A stretch of 32,000 nt of DNA from Alkalicoccus daliensis (GCF_900103955.1 NZ_FNIL01000014.1:1-32000); one strand, 5' to 3'. Counted from the stretch's first letter, positions 1 to 8,779 are shown. Numbers and translations are program-made. Notes: generated by a model not told the origin, from the letters alone.

Positions 1-800
1 GTAAAATAAGCGGGCAAGCGAATAAATTAGCTTCTTTTCCTCTGTCATTTTCCATTATGGGAATGGTTTGAATGAAGGAGGTCATATGCTTTTACAGGGT
101 TTGCCGTACCGAGCCGGCGCAGGCATAGCAAGGTGGAGTGCAGCATAGCATGGGTGGATTAAAGTATAGGAAGTTTTTATTAAAGTATGGGCGGATCGGA
201 GTAAAGCATAGCCTGTTTTCATGTCATTATAGGCGGATCGGAGTAAAATAGCAGCCACGACAGTAAAATAAGCGGGCAAGCGAATAAATTAGCTTCTTTT
301 CCTCTGTCATTTTCCATTATGGGAATGGTTTGAATGAAGGAGGTCATATGCTTTTACAGGGTTTGCCGTACCGAGCCGGCGCAGGCATAGCAAGGTGGAG
401 TGCAGCATAGCATGGGTGGATTAAAGTATAGGAAGTTTTTATTAAAGTATGGGCGGATCGGAGTAAAGCATAGCCTGTTTTCATGTCATTATAGGCGGAT
501 CGGAGTAAAATAGCAGCCACGACAGTAAAATAAGCGGGCAAGCGAATAAATTAGCTTCTTTTCCTCTGTCATTTTCCATTATGGGAATGGTTTGAATGAA
601 GGAGGTCATATGCTTTTACGGGGTTGCCGCACCGAGCCGACGCAGGCATAACAGGGTGGAGTGCAGCATAGCATGGGTGGATTAAAGTATAGAGGAATTG
701 GGTTAAAGCATAGGAGGTTTGGAGTAAAATATAGAGGAGTTGAAGTAAATTAAAGGGAAGATCAGTAAAGTATAAGCAGATCTGAGTATATTAAGACGCC
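1..800 (+). repeat. Tandem satellite array A: three 262-bp higher-order units (1-262, 263-524, 525-~800), each built from ~21-bp monomers; probably continues upstream of the window
   Basis: Units 1 and 2 read identically (the ORF-track entries 82..279 and 344..541 are identical). Unit 3 diverges after ~95 bp. Monomer anchors (GAGTAAA-like) lie at 136, 157, 178, 199, 220, 241, 261 and 282, so the spacing is 20-21 bp. Confidence 0.95.
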
Positions 801-889
801 ACCAAGTGAAGCGGCATCACTTTCCTTCCCCTCCCGAAACAAATATAATAATAAGCAACGATATTTTCGGGAAAAGAGGTGGACGCTCC

Positions 890-1744
890 ATGGATAAATA
901 CATACGAAGATTAACAGAGGATGATTATTCCCTGTTTCAGGCAATGGATACGGGGATTGAAGATGATTATATTTCTCATTTTTTTCATCGTTTTATTCAT
1001 TCGGGAGACAGGATTTACGGAATGTTCGTGGAGGAACAGCTTGCGGTAATGGCTGGATATTCTATATATGCAGAAAACTATGCGATGCTTGGCAGGCTGC
1101 GAAGTGACCGGCGGTTTCAGGGGAAATCCCTGGCGACGGAGTTAATGACCTATGTGAAACAAGAAGCGTTAAAAGAAGAAAAGGTGCACTGGGTGGGAGG
1201 AAATACGGAGGAGAAAAACATTCCGGCAAGAAGAGTGCTTGAAAAGGCAGGACTTGCGCCTCGGATTACGCAGTATGCAGCTGTTGCTGCGGAAGTGGGC
1301 ATGCTCGAATCAGGCGCAGCACCCTGGCAGGAGATAACGTCCCCTGCGCGTAAACGGGAATGGCTGGAAAGCACTTATGTAAAAGAAGGAAGCCTTTTTC
1401 CCTATCAGTGCTATTATCCTTTTCCGGCAACCGCTGCTCTTTTTGAAGAAAAGGAGCTGGCGTCCTGGAAAATGTACGAAAATCCTGGAGGAACAAAATT
1501 TGTGCTGGCAAAGCATGACCAGAAGCGGACGCATTACCTGCACGTCGGCTATCCGTGGGAGGATTTCCAGGAGCCGGGACTTTGGGAAACCATCACGTCG
1601 GCGCAGAGGTCGCTGGAAAAAGAAATAGAAGAGGACACAAAAGTCTGGCTGGATCTGCCGAAAGATGCGGCATCCCACCTGCCTGCGCAGCATCCATTTA
1701 ACCTGTCTTCCATCTGGGTGCTGCATGAGGCGGCTGCCGGATAA
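890..1744 (+). CDS. GNAT-family N-acetyltransferase with a ~150-aa C-terminal extension of unknown function
   Basis: An acetyl-CoA binding motif is present (RRFQGKSLATELM..NIPARRVLEKAGL). ATG 890 is preceded by GAAAAGAGGTGG. The ORF-track start at 806 lies inside the repeat array and has no RBS. Confidence 0.75.
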   Translation: MDKYIRRLTEDDYSLFQAMDTGIEDDYISHFFHRFIHSGDRIYGMFVEEQLAVMAGYSIYAENYAMLGRLRSDRRFQGKSLATELMTYVKQEALKEEKVHWVGGNTEEKNIPARRVLEKAGLAPRITQYAAVAAEVGMLESGAAPWQEITSPARKREWLESTYVKEGSLFPYQCYYPFPATAALFEEKELASWKMYENPGGTKFVLAKHDQKRTHYLHVGYPWEDFQEPGLWETITSAQRSLEKEIEEDTKVWLDLPKDAASHLPAQHPFNLSSIWVLHEAAAG

Positions 1745-1749
1745 AACAA

Positions 1750-2352
1750 TCAGCGGATCCAGCCGTTTTCCCTGCTTAAGGAAATTGCTTCGATGCGGTT
1801 ACTTACCTCCAGTTTATCAAGAATTAATGACACGTAGTTTCTAACAGTACCGTTTGTAATGTGCAGGTCTGCAGCAATTTCTTTTGTCGTGCGGCCATCT
1901 GCGATGAGCTGCAGCACCTGGCCTTCCCGTTCTGTTAAGGGATTTGGATTATCATATACCATATCAATCAGTTCCGGAGCATAGGCTCTGCGCCCGTCCA
2001 TAATCGTGCGGATAGAGTTGGCCAATTCTTCACTTGGGCTGTCTTTTAAGAGATAGCCCTTTACCTTGGCTTTCCGCGCTCGTTCAAAATAACCTGCGCG
2101 GGCAAAAGTAGTAAGAATAATTACTTTACACCGGTGGTCTGACAAATCCTCTGCCGCTTCCAGTCCGGTTTTGACCGGCATTTCAATATCCATAATGCAA
2201 ACATCCGGATCCAGTTCTTTTACGAGTTCCACGGCTCTTTCTCCATTTTCCGCTTTTCCTACCACTTCCATATCTTCTTTTAAATCCAGCAGGGAGCCGA
2301 GGGCCCCGAGCAGCATCTGCTGATCCTCGGCAATGACAATGCGGATCATCAA
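1750..2352 (-). CDS. desR: NarL/LuxR-family response regulator, DesR-like
   Basis: The receiver domain has DIEMP and the C terminus has a LuxR-type HTH (LTEREGQVLQLIADGRTTKEIAADL). There is a 4-nt overlap with the upstream kinase, and the des-desK-desR order matches B. subtilis. Confidence 0.85.
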   Translation of the reverse strand: MMIRIVIAEDQQMLLGALGSLLDLKEDMEVVGKAENGERAVELVKELDPDVCIMDIEMPVKTGLEAAEDLSDHRCKVIILTTFARAGYFERARKAKVKGYLLKDSPSEELANSIRTIMDGRRAYAPELIDMVYDNPNPLTEREGQVLQLIADGRTTKEIAADLHITNGTVRNYVSLILDKLEVSNRIEAISLSRENGWIR

Positions 2353-3485
2353 GCTTCCTCCTCCTTTTTCATATGCTGCACCACCTGCGGTACGAACATC
2401 GTGATCTTTGTTCCCTTTTGCGAGTCCATGGTCAGGGTGCCGTTGACGAATTCCAGCCGTTCCTTCATGCCCTGTATGCCGCTTTCCTGCATCGTTACGT
2501 TCGGCTGGGAAATGCCGATGCCGTTGTCTTCGATCACGATGGAAATGGCGCGGGGGCTCTGGGTTATCGTAATATCACAGCGGGCTGCCTGGCTGTGCTT
2601 AACCACATTCGTTACCGCTTCCTTCATGCACATACTGAGTGCGTTCTCTACCAGGAGCGGTACATTGGTGAACTGCGGATTGCCGTGCACGTAAAGTTCT
2701 ATCTGCGCGACTTTCAGTATTTCCTGGATGTGCAGCAGCTCTTCGCGGACTTTCATTCCTCTCATATCAGAAACCATTTCCCGGACTTCTTTCAGCGCGA
2801 GCCGTGCTGTCCGGTTTATATCCTTCATTTCATTCTGGGCTTCTCCAGGTTTTGCTTCCACCAGTTTTTCTGCGAGATCGCTTTTCAATCCGATTAATGA
2901 AAGCTTCTGCCCGAGGGTATCGTGCAGATCCCGCGCAATTCTCTGCCGTTCCTCCATAACCATCAGCTGGGAAATTTTCTCATTCGCATTTTCCAGCTGG
3001 TTCTCCAGCATCTCCTGTTTATTCCGGTTATAGATCGTAAAAGGAAGGAGGATTACTCCGACGAGGCTGATGACAACAAATGGCAGCTGCATGGTGAAAA
3101 TTTCGCTCTGCATGTAAAATCCTAAGCCGGCAGAAGAGAGTGCGGTGATCAAATTAATTATATACAGCGTGACAAATCCGGCTTTATTTCGGATGTTTCC
3201 AATGAAAAAAGCAAGGAACAAGAAAAAGTATACATAACCAAAATACAGTGTCATGCCCGTGCTGATGACAAGTTCTATCCCTACAGCGACATAGACAGTC
3301 CAGCCCTCTTTAATGAACGAGATCCGGTATACTGCGAAAAATAAAACGATCATCAGGACGCCTGCGATTATTTCTGTAAACGTCGACAAACGTATTACAA
3401 AGTAAAAAGGAAGCAGACAAAAAATAAGCCAGGCATATAAACTTAATCCTGTGGTCTTTGGGACGATATGAAACCAGTTCTGCAT
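2349..3485 (-). CDS. desK: HisKA_3-type membrane sensor histidine kinase, DesK-like (thermosensor family)
   Basis: There are about five N-terminal TM helices, an H-box (RIARDLHDTLGQKLS) and an ATPase domain. The start was chosen at MQNWFH (3485), which follows GGGAGG; the ORF-track start at 3524 lacks an RBS. Confidence 0.85.
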   Translation of the reverse strand: MQNWFHIVPKTTGLSLYAWLIFCLLPFYFVIRLSTFTEIIAGVLMIVLFFAVYRISFIKEGWTVYVAVGIELVISTGMTLYFGYVYFFLFLAFFIGNIRNKAGFVTLYIINLITALSSAGLGFYMQSEIFTMQLPFVVISLVGVILLPFTIYNRNKQEMLENQLENANEKISQLMVMEERQRIARDLHDTLGQKLSLIGLKSDLAEKLVEAKPGEAQNEMKDINRTARLALKEVREMVSDMRGMKVREELLHIQEILKVAQIELYVHGNPQFTNVPLLVENALSMCMKEAVTNVVKHSQAARCDITITQSPRAISIVIEDNGIGISQPNVTMQESGIQGMKERLEFVNGTLTMDSQKGTKITMFVPQVVQHMKKEEEA

Positions 3486-3580
3486 GGCGGGCCTCCCTTC
3501 TTTCTCTCTTTTACAGTGTAACAAAAAGCCCTTTCCCGTGGTGGCAAAAGAGCTTTCTTTCTTCTATTATATTGTGAAAT

Positions 3581-4606
3581 TTACGCTGGTACTTTCTGCG
3601 TTGGCTTCACTTTATAGTTCTTTTTGAATTCGCGGAAGCTGACGAACGTTTTGCTTGTTTCGTCATAAAGACGGAACTGAACAGCTTTTAAGCTGGAGCG
3701 AAGCGTAATCGTCGTAACTTTCTGCAATGGTTTTGTCTGCTCGTGTGTTTTTTCCAGATGATAATTCGGAACCTTCGGGCTTAAATGGTGTACATGGTGG
3801 TAACCAATGTTCCCAGTCAGCCACTGTACCACTTTCGGAAGCTGGTAGTAGGAACTGCCGTCTACAGCTGCTTTCACGAAGTCCCAGTCTTCTTCATTCT
3901 CAAAATAGGAATCTTCGAACTGATGCTGTACATAAAACAACCAGATGCCGAGAGAACCGGAAATCATAAGAATCGGAAGCTGAATGATTAGAAACGCCTG
4001 CAGGCCGATTGCCCAGATCAGGAGCGCATAAATTACAGCGATAGAAGCGGTAATCAAATGCGTGTTCCATCTTTCTTTGCTGCGTGCACCTTTTCGGTTC
4101 ACGCGGTTGTCCCAGCCGAATAAAAGAATCGGGCCAAGACCGAACATGACGATCGGGTTACGGTACAAGCGGTATTTGAATCTTTCCCACTTGTCTGCAT
4201 TTGCATATTCTTCTACTGTCATAATCCATACATCACCGGTGCCTCTTTTATCGAGGTTGCCGCTTGTTGCGTGGTGAATAGAGTGACTTCTTTTCCATTT
4301 ATCGAAAGCGAAATGCGTAATAATTCCTGTTAACGTACCGACAACCCGGTTAGCTTTTGTATTCTTAAAGAAGGAACCGTGCGTACAGTCATGAAAAATA
4401 ATGAACGTCCGTACGACAAAGCCTGCGGCAAGAATAAGAATCGGAATCGTCAGCCAGTATGATACTGCCAGGCTTTGGTAGGCAAGAAACCAAAGCAGGA
4501 AAAAAGGAACGAGAGAATTTACGAGCTGCCAGATACTCTGCTTCATATCTGAGTTTGCGAAAGGGGCTACACTTTTTCTTAGTTCTGCTTGTTGTTGTTT
4601 ACTCAT
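3581..4606 (-). CDS. des: Membrane acyl-lipid (delta5-type) fatty acid desaturase
   Basis: Three histidine boxes are present: HDCTHGS, HSIHHATSGNLD and HHVHHL. There is a strong RBS (CAGGAGGCA). The gene sits directly upstream of desK-desR on the same strand. Confidence 0.9.
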   Translation of the reverse strand: MSKQQQAELRKSVAPFANSDMKQSIWQLVNSLVPFFLLWFLAYQSLAVSYWLTIPILILAAGFVVRTFIIFHDCTHGSFFKNTKANRVVGTLTGIITHFAFDKWKRSHSIHHATSGNLDKRGTGDVWIMTVEEYANADKWERFKYRLYRNPIVMFGLGPILLFGWDNRVNRKGARSKERWNTHLITASIAVIYALLIWAIGLQAFLIIQLPILMISGSLGIWLFYVQHQFEDSYFENEEDWDFVKAAVDGSSYYQLPKVVQWLTGNIGYHHVHHLSPKVPNYHLEKTHEQTKPLQKVTTITLRSSLKAVQFRLYDETSKTFVSFREFKKNYKVKPTQKVPA

Positions 4607-4692
4607 AGTATGCCTCCTGGTTTTATTTTATATAGTAGTGGGTTTGTTTAAGGTTATATTCTTATTGTACAGCTCCTGTTAGGACCAGGTAA

Positions 4693-4729
4693 GACATACA
4701 TGTCAGCAATGTAATATGACAAGTGTCAT
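4693..4729 (-). promoter_or_regulatory. Candidate DesR operator region upstream of des (two short palindromes)
   Basis: GACAT-AC-ATGTC lies at 4693-4704 and ATGACA-AG-TGTCAT at 4716-4729, 90-120 bp upstream of the des start codon. The assignment to DesR rests on context only. Confidence 0.45.
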
Positions 4730-4974
4730 GGATATATTTCCAGTGAAAAGGATAATGGGTTAAAACATGGAAAAGAAATAAGAGAGAACAGGAAGGGATC
4801 CGGTGAAAGTGGAGCTTACAAATGACATCTCTGCCTGTTAAAGAAGGGCCGTTGAGAGCTCTTTGTTAAGCGCGGCACAGAATAAAAAATACTTTATTCC
4901 GGGTGGCACAAACAGGTGCGTAAAACAGCCTGTATGATATAATAAATTATATTGTACAGAAATGAGGGCTTGCA

Positions 4975-5736
4975 GTGGACGCTGTTGGAAGAATGCCGAA
5001 AGATATTTCCCTGATACATGCGCTGAACAGTATTGGAGAAAACGTAATTGTAGCTGATCTCGATTATACAATTACCTGGATGAACGTCAATGCAGTAAAA
5101 CTTTTTAAACAAATTGCTCCTCTTTACGATATAGAGCAAGTATCAGATATGATTGGAATGAACATGAACCGGTTTCACCGGAATCCTGCCCATCAGGAAT
5201 ATATCATGAAAAACCTGGATGAGGTGCATAAAACAAGAATCGTTATTCGCGACACGCTGGTAACGGATATTATTATTACTCCTATTAAAGGCAGCGATGG
5301 TATCGCAGAAGGTTATGTGATTATGCTGCAGGATGTAACAACGCGTGCGGAGGAAGAACGACGCAATGAAAAACTGATCGCCGAACTTTCTGTGCCGATC
5401 CTTCATATATGGGATAATACGATAGCACTTCCTCTTGTCGGATCTTTTACAGAGGATCGCGGAAAAGCGCTTGTATCCAAAGTACTGGAAGAATGCACGG
5501 AGAAAAATACAGAATATGTACTGCTCGCATTAAATGGGCTGGATGAATACGATGATGCACTCCAATACAGCATACGTTATTTGTATGACTGCCTGAAGCT
5601 TGTCGGTACAGAATGTATTATTGTAGGTATCACTCCAAAGCTTGCAATGACATTTGGGGAAGTGGATAAAAACATTTCCACGTTCAGTACGGCCCATCAG
5701 GGTCTCCATTACATTATCAGTCAATCTGCTAAATAA
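4975..5736 (+). CDS. PAS-STAS two-domain protein (YtvA/RsbR-like architecture, no LOV cysteine motif)
   Basis: The N-terminal PAS-like fold (VIVADLDYTITWMNVNA...GYVIMLQDVT) is followed by a coiled linker and a C-terminal STAS domain (LSVPILHIWDNTIALPLVGSF...VGITPKLAMTF). The start is ambiguous: GTG 4975 or ATG 4993. Confidence 0.7.
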   Translation: MDAVGRMPKDISLIHALNSIGENVIVADLDYTITWMNVNAVKLFKQIAPLYDIEQVSDMIGMNMNRFHRNPAHQEYIMKNLDEVHKTRIVIRDTLVTDIIITPIKGSDGIAEGYVIMLQDVTTRAEEERRNEKLIAELSVPILHIWDNTIALPLVGSFTEDRGKALVSKVLEECTEKNTEYVLLALNGLDEYDDALQYSIRYLYDCLKLVGTECIIVGITPKLAMTFGEVDKNISTFSTAHQGLHYIISQSAK

Positions 5737-5750
5737 TTTCCCAATAAAAA

Positions 5751-5778
5751 GGAATCCTGCACCTTCCCGCAGGATTCC
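5751..5778. terminator. Bidirectional rho-independent terminator between convergent genes
   Basis: GGAATCCTGC-N8-GCAGGATTCC is flanked by an A-run and a T-run. Confidence 0.8.
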
Positions 5779-5794
5779 TTTTTATTGTTTCATG

Positions 5795-6493
5795 TTATTT
5801 CGTCTGCAAAGCCTGGATCTCTTCGGCCAGCCGGTAAATCTGATGCAGTGTTTCCTGCTGGCTCCGACTATGCTGGACTGTAATTGAAGCAGCTTCTTTT
5901 GCAGCGTGTAATTGCAGTGTTAAAGAAGCCAGCTGTTCATTTAATAAAGAAGCTGCAGAAACTTCTTCTCTTATCTGCGAAGCAGGGGCCGGTTCGTGGA
6001 GGCAAGCAGCGGTTTCTTTCATCTGCTGCAGCTGATAAGAAGCGATGGAAGTTTTATTATTCGTTTTATCTGCGGCAACTGCTGTGTCGCTGCATCCGCT
6101 CAGCAGCTTCTCTGCCTGCGCAGAGATACGGATGACGGCCTGCAGAAGTGCAGTGTGCTTGCAGCTGCCATCCAGTGCAGCGTCAGGGAGAACGCCCATG
6201 GTGAGACAGCCGAGTGTTTTTCCATTTTCCTGCAGCGGAATGCCGGTGACCACATAGGAGGTCCCGTAAGCTTCTTCTTCTACGTATTGTGTCACTTTTC
6301 TTCCTTCCTGCAGGACGGTTTCATTAACACCGCCTTTTCGGAAGGGCGTACCAGGCTGGATGCCAAGATCCAGATGTGTCCCTGGGAGATACGAAAGAAA
6401 CTTTGTCTGATCTGCAAGTGCGACAAAACAGTCGTCAGATTGAAGCTCCTGTATAAATGGGAGAGCGTCAGCTGCTTTCTGTAAAAGCTGCAA
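5795..6493 (-). CDS. Soluble putative sensor protein (PAS/Cache-like N-terminal fold plus C-terminal coiled coil), function unknown
   Basis: A TTG start sits 8 nt after AGGAGG. The N-terminal half has an alternating beta/alpha sensor-like pattern (GIQPGTPFRKGG...YGTSYVVTGIPL..NGKTLGCLTMGV). The C-terminal half is Ala/Gln-rich and helical. Confidence 0.5.
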   Translation of the reverse strand: MQLLQKAADALPFIQELQSDDCFVALADQTKFLSYLPGTHLDLGIQPGTPFRKGGVNETVLQEGRKVTQYVEEEAYGTSYVVTGIPLQENGKTLGCLTMGVLPDAALDGSCKHTALLQAVIRISAQAEKLLSGCSDTAVAADKTNNKTSIASYQLQQMKETAACLHEPAPASQIREEVSAASLLNEQLASLTLQLHAAKEAASITVQHSRSQQETLHQIYRLAEEIQALQTK

Positions 6494-6570
6494 GGGAACT
6501 TCCTCCTTTATTTTTGTTTAAATTGAGGTAACAAGCCGCCAATGTGCAAAAAGCCAATGGAATGAAAAAA

Positions 6571-6623
6571 GAGCAGGCCGGACGCCGTTCAGCTGTTTCA
6601 GCTGAACGAACGCCGGCCTGCTC
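6571..6623 (-). terminator. Long-stem rho-independent terminator of the methyltransferase gene
   Basis: GAGCAGGCCGG..CGTTCAGCTG / CAGCTGAACG..CCGGCCTGCTC is followed on the minus strand by TTTTTTCATT. Confidence 0.8.
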
Positions 6624-6694
6624 CATGTCTCCTGCCGTGTAATTAACTTGTCTTCTATAGTACGGGGATCTACTTGAAAAAGCAAGTCTGCTCA

Positions 6695-7624
6695 TTATTC
6701 ACAAACAAGAATCTCCCGGGAAAACATCTTATTTTTGCCTGCAGTACCCCGATCGATAATAGCAAATCCTGCTTTCTTTAATAGATGATCCAGCGGTTCA
6801 ATCGTAATAATAACCAATCGTTGTGTGAAATTTCGTGCAGACTGCAGCATTTCCAGTTTCGTTTCCTCTGGTAAAACAGAACATAGGTTGTAAGGCATAT
6901 CAATCACTGCTGCATCGTAGCTTTTTTCTATCATCCGCATGTCTTGTAACGCCGTATCCGGCGCGAAACCGAAGTGGGACAAATTTTTTCGGAGCCCGTA
7001 CATTACTTTGGGATTCACGTCACTTCCATCCATTTGGATCCCCATCGATCTCGCTTCGATTACTACTGTTCCAATACCGCAGCACGGATCAATTGCATAA
7101 ATGCCCGAGGGATTTGGAACGGCAATATTTGCGGCACTCCTTGCCACTCTTACCGGCAGCGCAGTGGAGTAAGAGTGCGGCTTCTGCTCCTGCTTTTTCC
7201 ACGCGGAAGAACCGCAGGTCAATGGACCGAATACCCAGCTGTTTTGCGCGGGGAAAATTGCAAAAAGATGCGCCGGATCCGCCAGGTTTATTTTCCCATC
7301 GAGCATACCGGCAGCAGCAATTTCCCTTTGTTTTCGATCTTCAAATGAGGTAGGAAGGGCATGATTCTTCACGAATTGTACTTTGAAAGAAGCTGTCAGC
7401 GGAGGGTGGGCGCGGAGCTTTTCCAACAGAGCTTCCCATGTAGCACTTTCATATAGAACCTCAATTTTTTCTTTCAAAAAAGGGGAGCGGCCGGGGTCCA
7501 GGCTGATGCTGCTCCTTAACGAACCGCCGCTGCCTTCCTCTACGAAAAACGCTCTTAATTCAAGCGCGCACAAACTCTCTTCCTCCGCACGCGCATTATA
7601 CGTGTAAATAAAAGTATTATTCAT
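6695..7624 (-). CDS. SAM-dependent methyltransferase with an N-terminal THUMP-like domain (UPF0020/Trm11-like, probable RNA methylase)
   Basis: SAM motif I (DPCCGIGTVVIEA) and catalytic motif IV-like DMPYN are present. At 309 aa the size fits the family. Confidence 0.7.
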   Translation of the reverse strand: MNNTFIYTYNARAEEESLCALELRAFFVEEGSGGSLRSSISLDPGRSPFLKEKIEVLYESATWEALLEKLRAHPPLTASFKVQFVKNHALPTSFEDRKQREIAAAGMLDGKINLADPAHLFAIFPAQNSWVFGPLTCGSSAWKKQEQKPHSYSTALPVRVARSAANIAVPNPSGIYAIDPCCGIGTVVIEARSMGIQMDGSDVNPKVMYGLRKNLSHFGFAPDTALQDMRMIEKSYDAAVIDMPYNLCSVLPEETKLEMLQSARNFTQRLVIITIEPLDHLLKKAGFAIIDRGTAGKNKMFSREILVCE

Positions 7625-7647
7625 TCATTTCATCCTTTTTCTATAGC

Positions 7648-7778
7648 TATCATGAAAATGAAAATTTACTAAAAAAGAAGTAGTAATACTGCTTCACTTT
7701 TGGAGAGGCTTACCCAAGGGCTTGTTTTCGACTAAGTTCTCTCACAGGGCACGGCTTCCATCGATCCACAGACAGCAT
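7648..7778. other. Conserved intergenic element, copy A (homologous to 15121-15262)
   Basis: Shared blocks are TAYCATGA, TA(A/T)TACTGCTTCACT and GCACGGCTTCCATC(G/A)ATC..CAG.AGCA. They have the same order and nearly the same spacing (62 vs 65 bp between the two main blocks). Confidence 0.7.
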
Positions 7779-8023
7779 GGCAGAGACCGCCTCTGCTCTC
7801 ACTTTAGCGCTGAGCAGAAGAAAAAGCAAAGCGTTTAAAACTCGGTAGCTTTAAAAGACCATAGTCCCGGGGCAGGCTTGTACTGAAAGAGGAGAAACCT
7901 GGTACATTCGAAAATCGTGAATAAATGCTTCTGAGAAGAATTATACAATCCCCTCATGTTTAAGATCTTAGTAAGTGGGAAATTATTTTTTTAAGGAATA
8001 ATTTTTCGAAAGGATGACTGTAA

Positions 8024-8680
8024 ATGAAAAAGACACTACTCTCTACAGCAACTGCGGCATTTGCATTAACCCTTGCTGCCTGCGGAACGAACGATAATGA
8101 TGGAACTGATAATACTGCAAATACAAACACTAATACAGGAAACAATGGAGCAGATAACGCAGCAGTTGAAAATAATGAGGCAGAGAATAATCTGGACGAT
8201 ACGCCGGACAATAACGGTGCAGATACAGAGGAGACCAACAACGGCAACACGAATGAAATAGATGAAGTAGAAAACAACATGAATGAAAACGCAGGAGAAA
8301 ATGACGCAGGCACAGATGATAATTCTGACGAGCGTGCTGCAACAGACGGAGAATGGTATGAAGCATTAGGATTTAATGAGTTTCAGCTTGATGCAGAATA
8401 CGAAGATGGAGAATATGAGGTAGAGTACGAATATAACGATGGCAATCCGGAAGGCGAGATTGAAGACACCCGTGGCGGTGAAGATATCGAACTGGAAGGC
8501 GAAGAAGCCCTGCAGGAATTGGAAGAACCTTTAACAGAGCTTGATCTTACGGAGGACAGCTCCGAAGAGGAAATGATGGAGCAGGTAATTGCTGCATTTG
8601 ATCTGGAAGAAGATTATGACGAACTTGAAGTTGAAATTGAATTTATGGATGACAGTGATCTGGAATCAGAAAACGAATAA
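8024..8680 (+). CDS. Acidic lipoprotein with an Asn/Asp/Thr-rich linker and a YusW-like C-terminal domain
   Basis: The signal peptide has lipobox LAAC. The C terminus (GEEALQELEEPLTELDL...MMEQVIAAFDLEEDYDELEVEIEF) resembles B. subtilis YusW as I recall it. Confidence 0.7.
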   Translation: MKKTLLSTATAAFALTLAACGTNDNDGTDNTANTNTNTGNNGADNAAVENNEAENNLDDTPDNNGADTEETNNGNTNEIDEVENNMNENAGENDAGTDDNSDERAATDGEWYEALGFNEFQLDAEYEDGEYEVEYEYNDGNPEGEIEDTRGGEDIELEGEEALQELEEPLTELDLTEDSSEEEMMEQVIAAFDLEEDYDELEVEIEFMDDSDLESENE

Positions 8681-8779
8681 TCAGATAGAATCAGCCGTAA
8701 TCTGCGGCTGATTTTTTCATAACAGTCCAGGGAATTATCCGGTATAGTGAGAAAAAGAGAGGTTTTAAGGGGTGAGGAA

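Noticed and set aside
70-148. An SD-like AAGGAGG plus ATG opens mini-ORFs in each satellite unit: 20, 20 and 13 codons in array A, and 15 and 10 codons in array B.
   Set aside because: Beyond Met-Leu-Leu, neither the peptide sequence nor the reading frame is conserved between units. The ATATGCTTTTAC segment is more simply an inverted monomer copy.
82-541. Identical 65-aa minus-strand ORFs (82..279 and 344..541) show a striking heptad pattern (YALLRSA / YTLIHPC / YNDMKTG). Similar ORFs occur at 28947..29165 and 12143..12451.
   Set aside because: The heptad periodicity is just the 21-bp DNA monomer read in one frame. Monomers differ by 1-nt indels (20 vs 21 bp), which break the frame. Variation is not concentrated at third codon positions. 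The starts are TTG or weak with no RBS. These ORFs are most likely non-coding.
1-800. The tandem repeat arrays (also 28479-29106) could be CRISPR arrays.
   Set aside because: There is no alternation of constant repeats with unique spacers, because the whole 238-262-bp unit is repeated. The monomers are degenerate, not identical, and no cas genes are present.
806-889. An N-terminal extension of the GNAT ORF reaches into the repeat array (ORF-track start at 806).
   Set aside because: There is no RBS at 806 and the extension overlaps satellite sequence. The ATG at 890 has a good RBS, and the GNAT fold begins there.
6468-6695. A 75-aa minus-strand ORF lies between the methyltransferase and sensor genes.
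   Set aside because: It spans the methyltransferase terminator hairpin (6571-6623). It has no RBS and an Arg/Ser/Ala-rich composition driven by the GC-rich stem.
7625-8023. A 400-bp intergenic region might hold a known riboswitch, T-box or housekeeping ncRNA.
   Set aside because: By eye I compared both strands against remembered consensus cores. These were the T-box, SAM-I, glycine, c-di-GMP-I, ykkC, ydaO, yybP-ykoY, fluoride, tmRNA, RNase P, SRP and 6S. None fit. The CACAGGGCA string resembling GEMM-I is not conserved in the second copy of the element. The region is reported only as an unclassified conserved element.
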